A DNA stretch of 16,664 nt from an archaeon (GTDB lineage Archaea > EX4484-52 > B79-G9). The stretch lies in NCBI GenBank assembly GCA_043813875.1, contig JBDRKP010000020.1, forward strand, positions 1 through 16,664. Direction: 5' to 3'. The notes beneath the pieces are model-generated. The model was not told the origin of the DNA. It worked only from the letters and a program-made list of their open reading frames with translations, and searched no databases. This document shows, in pieces, positions 8,308 to 14,739 of this stretch. The position numbers and the translations under genes were made by a program. Each line of letters opens with the position of its first letter. Position 1 is the stretch's first letter.

Positions 8308-10449
8308 TTACTCTTTCTTTATCCCGTAACCTTTTTTTTGCAGCAGTTTGTATATCGCATCCATGCTTGATTTATCTTTTACCATGATTATCTTCTGGCT
8401 GTCTTTTGATGACGAGAATTCTTTTAGCTCTTTCATTACAGCCCTGTCAGCCAGTATTTCCTGTGCCAGTATCGGGTCGCTGAAAACAAGGCATCCTGCG
8501 CATTCTTTCATGCCGATCTCGCCGTATCTTGATGAAGCGCTGTCCACAAGTGTTTTTACGGTTGAAGGCAGCGGCTTGCCCGAGTGTTTTTCAAGATATC
8601 CTGTTATCTTTTCGCGGCCGAAGCCTTCGGATACGGATCTCATTACTGATTCTTTTGATATATGGTATATGCAGTACCGGTCTATTTTCTTCGGGTATGC
8701 AAATCCTGATATTTTTGATAATGTTTCAAGGCCGGCATCAAGGCTGACCATTATCTCGTTGTTGGGCTGTATGATGATGCGGATTTCTTTTTGCCTGGCG
8801 ACGTTTTTTTCATGGGTTCTGATGCCTGTTTTTCCCGGCCCTGAAAGCCGCACGTGGGTTATCAGGCCTGGACATGCGGGCTTTACTATCTCAAGGACCC
8901 CGGCATGGAGGAGATCGCGGTATATTTGATCAAGGACGTCTTTTGGATATTTTGTGTCAAGCGTGTTCTTTCCTGACTCTTGTTGTTCTTCCCATATTCT
9001 CATTATCGCTTTAAAGTTCCTGTCCATCCCAAGGTATGCCAGGAATTGAGCAGTGTCAATCCATGCATCTGTTTTTTTCTGCTTTTTCGATAATCCTGTT
9101 AATGCCGATAAGGCGATGTCCAGGAGATTGTTTTCCTTTATTATAATCTGCCTCTGTGATGAATACTGGTAAGCGGTTCTTATCGTTGCGATGCATCTTT
9201 CCTGTATTTCGGATGCAATTGGATTTCCGTCAAATAATGCGATTGCTTTACTGGCGATGGCAGGGATTTTGGATTGCAGGTATTCGCTCCATTTTTCTGT
9301 TGTCCAGCTGTTTTTTGTGCCGAGCATGAAAAAGAAGTTTGCCTTATCGCTGTCAAAGCCGGTAAGTTCTGATATCAGGGAACATGATTTATTCGAGAGG
9401 GTGCCGTTTTTGTTGAGCCTCATTTCCGGTGAGGATATGGCTGCAAGGAATTTGCGGATGTCTTCAACTATGTCAGTGGGTTTCTGTGCGCCTGGCAATC
9501 CGGTGTGCGCGTACATGGCTGATTCGATCTTGTTTCTTGTCCGCTTCAGTTCCTCGAGGTATTCTTTTGACGCGGCATCATACATTTCTTCCGGGATTGA
9601 CACGTGGGTTTTATAGGCATGGTTATCGTAAATGAGCATCAGGAACCCGGTGAGGAATAGCTTTTTTACATCGCTTTTCTCTGTGCAGCTGCTGTTATAG
9701 CGGCCTATGATATTGCTTGTTCTGATGTAATCGTAGCTCCATGAGTATCTCCTTTCATTCATATCTGGATCGAGGGGGTATTTGCTGAATAACTGGTGAA
9801 CTTCGATGCGGTTATCTTTTTCAAGGACAAGGCGCAGTATTTTCTTCTGTTCTTTCGTGAGCCCATCGTATATTTTATTTTTGTTTTCCACCATGTATTT
9901 ATAGGCCATTGCGGCGCAGTATGTCTTTGAATACGTGGTTTCAAATGACTGGCGATATGTGTTGTTTATATGGGCGAGAACGGCCTTTATTTCCTCGCTG
10001 GAATAGCTCCAGATCCATCTGAGCAGCGTGTCCTCGCCTGCGCTGAATTTGCGGATACATTCGCCGCTGCCCAGAACAAAGAAGTATTCCAATGGCAATA
10101 TGAGTTTGCCGCTGCTTCTGAAGAGGATGCCGAGGTTTTCTAATGCTGCCGCCTCATTCGAGTATGACTGGATGCGCTCGTTATTGTCCGGGATTTCGCC
10201 GCCGTTTGTGTACATATAACCGAGCAGTTCCATGAGATTATCCCGGCTGCTTATCTGATAGAAGAGATCCTTTATCTTGTGTGCATTTGACAGCTCACGG
10301 TATACTTTTTCTGAAAGCGGCATGATTTTTTTCTTTTCGTTTGCAGTGTATGCCATGTTTCTGCATTCAAAAAGAAGCCTTAATTTTTTGTCGGGCGATC
10401 TTTTTAATAGCTCATACATTGTGTATGTTGTATTCGGTTTTTGTGTCAT
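8308..10449 (-). CDS. Helicase-associated domain (Helicase_C_3) protein, probable XPB partner, p52/Tfb2-like
   Basis: The C-terminal IIIQPNNEIMV...ISGFA...DRYCIYHISKESVMRSVSEG...ITGYLEKHSGKPLPSTVKTLVDSASSRYG parallels the N-terminal domain of the adjacent XPB. There are no Walker motifs. A GAGGTGG SD is present, and the gene lies directly upstream of xpb. Confidence 0.85.
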   Translation of the reverse strand: MTQKPNTTYTMYELLKRSPDKKLRLLFECRNMAYTANEKKKIMPLSEKVYRELSNAHKIKDLFYQISSRDNLMELLGYMYTNGGEIPDNNERIQSYSNEAAALENLGILFRSSGKLILPLEYFFVLGSGECIRKFSAGEDTLLRWIWSYSSEEIKAVLAHINNTYRQSFETTYSKTYCAAMAYKYMVENKNKIYDGLTKEQKKILRLVLEKDNRIEVHQLFSKYPLDPDMNERRYSWSYDYIRTSNIIGRYNSSCTEKSDVKKLFLTGFLMLIYDNHAYKTHVSIPEEMYDAASKEYLEELKRTRNKIESAMYAHTGLPGAQKPTDIVEDIRKFLAAISSPEMRLNKNGTLSNKSCSLISELTGFDSDKANFFFMLGTKNSWTTEKWSEYLQSKIPAIASKAIALFDGNPIASEIQERCIATIRTAYQYSSQRQIIIKENNLLDIALSALTGLSKKQKKTDAWIDTAQFLAYLGMDRNFKAIMRIWEEQQESGKNTLDTKYPKDVLDQIYRDLLHAGVLEIVKPACPGLITHVRLSGPGKTGIRTHEKNVARQKEIRIIIQPNNEIMVSLDAGLETLSKISGFAYPKKIDRYCIYHISKESVMRSVSEGFGREKITGYLEKHSGKPLPSTVKTLVDSASSRYGEIGMKECAGCLVFSDPILAQEILADRAVMKELKEFSSSKDSQKIIMVKDKSSMDAIYKLLQKKGYGIKKE

Positions 10450-10542
10450 TGCACCACCTCTTGTCTGTGCTTTTTACTGTATCTTATCCCGTCAGGCAAT
10501 ATTCTTGTTGTGCTTTAGCATATGAGAGTTTATCTTTTTTTT

Positions 10543-10581
10543 GGTAGTGTCCTAAGTAACGATATTTGAATGTGAATCAAG
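10543..10581 (+). repeat. 39-bp imperfect direct repeat, copy 1
   Basis: GGTAGTGTCCTAAGTAACGATATTTGAATGTGAATCAAG is 29/39 identical, ungapped, to 11326-11364. Confidence 0.65.
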
Positions 10582-10590
10582 GTGCATATA

Positions 10591-10708
10591 GGGGTTGTTG
10601 CATAAATCATTACGAAAGACCCAACGGATATCGATTGCAGAATTATGCCAAATATACGTCAAATCGCTATCATTAGGTCAAATTTGATCATAGTTATGCA
10701 ACCATCCC
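10591..10708. mobile_element. 118-bp MITE-like element bounded by 15-bp imperfect TIRs
   Basis: The left end GGGGTTGTTGCATAA and the reverse-complemented right end GGGATGGTTGCATAA match at 13/15. The interior is non-coding. No clear target duplication is visible. Confidence 0.6.
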
Positions 10709-10721
10709 AAAACTTTGTTCC

Positions 10722-10738
10722 AAAGAAAGGCATATAAA
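10722..10738 (+). promoter_or_regulatory. Putative archaeal BRE/TATA promoter of the 10761 gene
   Basis: A purine-rich stretch AAAGAAAGG is followed by CATATAAA (10731-10738), 23-30 nt upstream of the ATG. Confidence 0.4.
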
Positions 10739-10760
10739 GATTCAAAAAAACAGGATAGCT

Positions 10761-11315
10761 ATGGACTCACAGTACAGCGGGATGGCGGACTTCAGAAACT
10801 ATATGGACAAAGCCGAAAAGGTCTGTGAAAAGATAGTTACAGAATTACCAGGTACGTACAATATCCATAGTGTTACCGAGAGCATTCAATCAACCTTGTC
10901 TTTTTCTAAAAGAAAGGATCCAGAAATACTTGAAGAAATAAATGATTCTCTAAACGAAAGATTTTCAAGCGTAAAGAGGCAAAAATGCCCGGAGATGGAC
11001 ATAGATAGACAAGTGCCCTGCATGATGGAACAGTTATATGTAATTGCAATTAAATTAGAGGCATTGAAACATTACGAAAAAAGTATAGAAGAACAATCAG
11101 ATCATAAAGCAGAACTATTAGGAAGTACCTGCGACTTTTACATTTCAACATATAATCTAATAAAAGCAGATTACGGGGAACTCGTAAAAAATGGAGCAGA
11201 ATTCGACCAAGAACTAATTGCAGAAATTAAGGGGCTATACAGAGAGGATACAATGGAATTCTTTAAAACTCGTTGTCCTACCCTGAAAGATATAATAGCT
11301 AAATCAGCATTTTAA
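10761..11315 (+). CDS. Hypothetical alpha-helical protein (184 aa)
   Basis: Uninterrupted A-rich ORF on the opposite strand to its neighbours, with a TATA-like box upstream. No family was recognised. Confidence 0.7.
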   Translation: MDSQYSGMADFRNYMDKAEKVCEKIVTELPGTYNIHSVTESIQSTLSFSKRKDPEILEEINDSLNERFSSVKRQKCPEMDIDRQVPCMMEQLYVIAIKLEALKHYEKSIEEQSDHKAELLGSTCDFYISTYNLIKADYGELVKNGAEFDQELIAEIKGLYREDTMEFFKTRCPTLKDIIAKSAF

Positions 11316-11325
11316 TGGAATCCCG

Positions 11326-11364
11326 GGCAGTGCCCTGACTAACGATACTTTAATATAAGCCAAG
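11326..11364 (+). repeat. 39-bp imperfect direct repeat, copy 2
   Basis: GGCAGTGCCCTGACTAACGATACTTTAATATAAGCCAAG starts 11 nt after the stop of the 10761 gene. Confidence 0.65.
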
Positions 11365-11451
11365 CAACACGTTCTTTCTGTACTTTATGCAAATAACCAT
11401 GTGATAACGGATTTTGTATACACAATGACTTGCATGGTTAAGCCTCACACC

Positions 11452-12183
11452 TCACAGGCTTGTGATGCCTGCACTGTTTTTCCTGAGCCATTCGTGCTTG
11501 TCTTTATAGTCAGGCATAACATCCCCGACCAGTGACCAGAATTTTTCCGAGTGATTGAATTCGACAAGATGGGCTAGCTCATGGATGCATATGTACTCCA
11601 GAACGTCTTCGGGAGCAAAGAGCAACCGCGCGGAGATGTTGAGGTTGCCTTTTTTTGAGCAGCTGCCCCATCTTGATCTGGTGTTCTTGAAATATATTTT
11701 GTTTATGCGCTTTTGGAAGTGTTTATCATTCAGTTCATGTATTTTTTGTTCCAGTTTGGAGAGCCTCTTTTTTGCGATGAGCCTCAGGAGGAGGGATGAG
11801 ATGTGGTCATTTGCCTTTTTTTCAGGCAGGTTCGATGATAAAGAAAAGCAGATGTCATTGCCTTCTATCCATGCTGAGCTGCTTTCCTTGTCTTTGAATG
11901 AGATGTTCAGCCTGTATTCCTCGTCACCGGCTTTTATTATCTGGCCGTGCTTGTATTCTTTTTTTGGTTCTGGCCTGAATTTATCCTTGTTTTCGATCAG
12001 TTTCTTTAGTGCCCAGTTTTTCATGCGGATTTTTTCCCTGAATCGCTCTTCCCTGTCCATGGAGGAGGGTATGCGTATGTTGATGGCAGTTCTCCCGATG
12101 GAGACTCTTGAGTTGTTCCTTTTTTCATAATGGACCCTTACAAGATAGGTTCTGCCGTTGACGTCTATTTTTTCTGTTTCCAT
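11452..12183 (-). CDS. YgjP-like / DUF45 metal-dependent hydrolase (M48/SprT-like HExxH protein)
   Basis: Motifs RSRWGSCSKKGNLNIS.RL..AP..VLEY..IHELAHLVEFNHSEKFWSLV...MPDYK are present. Confidence 0.9.
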   Translation of the reverse strand: METEKIDVNGRTYLVRVHYEKRNNSRVSIGRTAINIRIPSSMDREERFREKIRMKNWALKKLIENKDKFRPEPKKEYKHGQIIKAGDEEYRLNISFKDKESSSAWIEGNDICFSLSSNLPEKKANDHISSLLLRLIAKKRLSKLEQKIHELNDKHFQKRINKIYFKNTRSRWGSCSKKGNLNISARLLFAPEDVLEYICIHELAHLVEFNHSEKFWSLVGDVMPDYKDKHEWLRKNSAGITSL

Positions 12184-12267
12184 GTTATGCGCCTTAAAAA
12201 TCTTGAAATATTGATGCTATCGGAGGATTTCAAGCTTTTTAATTGCCAGTATATACTTTATGCGCAA

Positions 12268-12987
12268 TTAAAAATCCCAGTATATTTCGTCGCTTTTGCA
12301 TTTCGAGCAGCGCGCAGCTGTCAGGATCTCTTTTTTTCCGCCGCATAGATGCCCGTAATTCTCTATGCCGTATTTCTTTTTCATGATGCGCTCTATCTCT
12401 TTTTCAATAAGCATATTTTCCGAGGGTATGTTTACTTCAAAAAAGCGTTTTACTATGTTTTTTCTGGTGTTGCAGTTCAGGCATCTGGCTGGCCCGAAGC
12501 CGTCAAAGCCGTCAGGCATTTCTATTTTGTCTGCATCAATTTTGCGGATTTCAATTTCCGGCATGAAGCCTTTGTTTGAGAGTTCGATGTCTTTGATGCA
12601 AAGAAAATCCATGGCATTGTTTTTTAGCTCTTTTTCCCTGTGGGCGTACCATTTTTCCATGAGTTTGGAATCTTTGCTGATTAATTCCCTGAAGCGATTG
12701 AGTGGCTTCGGTCCGAATAGGATGGATACAAGTGTTTTTGATTTCGGCGGAGGCAGGCCGGATTCAAATAATAGTATGTCTCCAATATCCTCTTTTGGAT
12801 TTCTTACGGGTATAGGGATGAAGTTGTCGCTGTCGTTTTTCATCTTTTCGAGTTCGAGGTCTGAACCGGCGCCTCGAGAGCTGATGTGGATTATTGCATT
12901 GTTTTTTATGTCAATAAAATAATGCATCTCATTGGAGGCAAATTCAAAAGCAGTCATAATCTCGTCAAATCCAATGTTCAGTTTCAT
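12268..12987 (-). CDS. UPF0158 family protein with C-terminal CxxC...CxxC extension
   Basis: The pattern AFE...EMHYFID.....I...FIPIP...GPKPLNRFRELI...KWYAHRE fits UPF0158. CLNC and CSKC occur in the tail. A GAGGAGGT SD is present. Confidence 0.7.
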   Translation of the reverse strand: MKLNIGFDEIMTAFEFASNEMHYFIDIKNNAIIHISSRGAGSDLELEKMKNDSDNFIPIPVRNPKEDIGDILLFESGLPPPKSKTLVSILFGPKPLNRFRELISKDSKLMEKWYAHREKELKNNAMDFLCIKDIELSNKGFMPEIEIRKIDADKIEMPDGFDGFGPARCLNCNTRKNIVKRFFEVNIPSENMLIEKEIERIMKKKYGIENYGHLCGGKKEILTAARCSKCKSDEIYWDF

Positions 12988-13086
12988 GTCACCAAAACCT
13001 CCTCGGATGTGTCTCTTTTTACAGGCATGAATTGTGGATTGTGTGTATTCTATTATGCTTTTGGTAGTTGAATTGCTCTTTTTTTA

Positions 13087-13140
13087 TATATTTTCATATA
13101 AGACCGAATTTTTTTATATTTATACTTTCATACAAGACCG
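13087..13140. repeat. Two 20-bp direct repeats with a 34-bp period
   Basis: TATATTTTCATATAAGACCG (13087-13106) and TATACTTTCATACAAGACCG (13121-13140) are 18/20 identical. Confidence 0.65.
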
Positions 13141-13270
13141 CTTTTTGAATGAAATGACTGCATGGACTTTGTCGATATGCAGAGGCGTATGCCTTAGGGT
13201 TCTCTCTTACCTTGAAATCCCCGGCAACACACGTTAGCTTTCGGAGAAGTGCGGGAAGCTTGACCCCTGT

Positions 13271-13303
13271 GTCACAGCCGTATGTCCAGATGAATATTTT
13301 CAT
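13271..13303 (-). pseudogene. N-terminal stub resembling a MiaB/MtaB-like tRNA methylthiotransferase (UPF0004 N-terminus)
   Basis: MKIFIWTYGC matches the MKxYIxTYGC start of methylthiotransferases. Similarity is lost right after it, and the ORF continues as 69 aa of non-family sequence. Confidence 0.4.
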
Positions 13304-13355
13304 GGTTTGTTATTAATCCTCAAAACTTTTAAGCTTTGAAGTACCATATTGTGTT

Positions 13356-14417
13356 ATGAGTATCACAGGCTATCTGACAGAGGTTTTCAACGTTGCAGCA
13401 AACTCAACGTATATTTATGCGCTTTTGATTCTTATAGCGTACGTGGTTGCAGCGAAGATAATATCCTTTACCTTTGAAAAAGTGCTTTTAAGATACGCTG
13501 CAAAAACAAAAACAACTTTTGATGATGAACTCGCCCATGCACTTAAGCATCCCATATATTACCTGATAATTATTGCAGGCGTCTATTTTTCTGTTCAAAG
13601 CCTGGGCATTGAAGGCACAGCGGAACTGTATTTTGGACGGCTAATAAAAAGCATAATAACTCTTATAGTGGCGGTTGCCTCGTACAGGACCATAAATATC
13701 TTTGTGGAAACTTTCGGCAGGAAAATTTCAAAAAGCACAAAGACAACGCTCGATGACGAGATGATCCCGCTAATCAAGAATATTGTTAAAGTCGGTGTGC
13801 TTGTAATTGCGATTCTGCAGGTTTTGTCTATATGGAACTTTGAGATAACCCCTATATTGGCGTCTGCAGGTATAGCTGGGCTTGCGGTCGCTTTTGCTGC
13901 AAAAGACACTATAGGCCACTTCTTTGGAGGGGTCTCAATCTATGTTGACAGGACATTCAAGAAAGGAGACCGGGTTGTACTGCCCTCGGGAGAAACAGCT
14001 ATTGTGGATGAGGTCGGTGTCAGGTCAACAAGGTTCAAGACATTCAACGCATCTACTATAATCATGCCGAATTCAGATCTGGCAAACGCGAAAATAGAGA
14101 ACTTAAGCTGGCCTCCCGGAAACAAGAAGGTCAAGATCACTGTTGGCGTTGACTATGACTCAGATATCGAGAAGGTCAAAAAGGCGCTTTTGGATGTCGC
14201 CAAAAAAGAGAAGACAGTTCTTGATACGCCTGAGCCAGCGGTTTATTTCACCGAGATGGCGGAATCTTCCTTGAAGTTTCTTCTTATATGCTCCGTGAAA
14301 GATATAGAGGATATTTTCACAACAAAAGACGCCCTTAACACGGCAATAATAAAGAAGTTCAGGGCCGAGAAGATAAGCATAGCGTTTCCCACAAGAACTG
14401 TGCATAATGTAAAGTAA
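13356..14417 (+). CDS. mscS: Small-conductance mechanosensitive channel, MscS family
   Basis: Several TM helices are followed by LASAGIAGLAVAFAAKDTIGHFFGG, FKKGDRV, V.EVGVRST, MPNS.L, VGVDYDSDIEKVK and I.IAFPTRTVH. Confidence 0.95.
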   Translation: MSITGYLTEVFNVAANSTYIYALLILIAYVVAAKIISFTFEKVLLRYAAKTKTTFDDELAHALKHPIYYLIIIAGVYFSVQSLGIEGTAELYFGRLIKSIITLIVAVASYRTINIFVETFGRKISKSTKTTLDDEMIPLIKNIVKVGVLVIAILQVLSIWNFEITPILASAGIAGLAVAFAAKDTIGHFFGGVSIYVDRTFKKGDRVVLPSGETAIVDEVGVRSTRFKTFNASTIIMPNSDLANAKIENLSWPPGNKKVKITVGVDYDSDIEKVKKALLDVAKKEKTVLDTPEPAVYFTEMAESSLKFLLICSVKDIEDIFTTKDALNTAIIKKFRAEKISIAFPTRTVHNVK

Positions 14418-14449
14418 AAGCCTAACTTTGGGGACAGATGGCTTTTCCA

Positions 14450-14567
14450 TATCCTTAAAAATCGATGATTTTTAGGATTTTGAAAATTTGTATCAAATTT
14501 CCAATTTTCGAAATTCGAAATGGGTGAACATTTCGAAAATCCTATGAATCGAAGATTCATAAGGATA
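14450..14567. repeat. Nested palindromic REP-doublet/REPIN-like element
   Basis: Two 28-nt hairpins (14451-14478 and 14539-14566) are inverted copies of each other. They enclose further hairpins AAATTTG-tat-CAAATTT and TTCGAAATG-ggtgaa-CATTTCGAA. Confidence 0.75.
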
Positions 14568-14652
14568 GATTAACGTCTATTGGTTTTTGTTTTAATTTGC
14601 CCATTTATTAACGACGTTAACTATAAAGTAATTTCGCATTCAAAGATGCCTT

Positions 14653-14739
14653 ATGTCTGTTCTTGTAAAAAATGCTACCGTTGTAACACAGAACAAAACC
14701 CGCGAGATTCCTGACAACGCAGATTATTTTTTTGCTTTA
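14653..14739 (+). pseudogene. N-terminal stub resembling an amidohydrolase (MtaD/DadD-like deaminase)
   Basis: ATG 14653 gives MSVLVKNATVVTQNKTREIPDNAD, which matches the usual amidohydrolase start (MSILIKNATIVTQN..REI...D). It degrades before the IS. Rejoined across the IS, it stops after ALVAGFSNNDQ. Confidence 0.5.

Noticed and set aside
11394..11440. 8-bp inverted repeat TAACCATG/CATGGTTA between convergent genes
   Set aside because: It could be a terminator-like hairpin, but it is short, has a long loop and lacks a T-tract, so it is not supportable.
13094..13303. 69-aa ORF as a complete functional gene
   Set aside because: Only the first ten or so codons look family-like. The rest runs through hairpin and repeat DNA.
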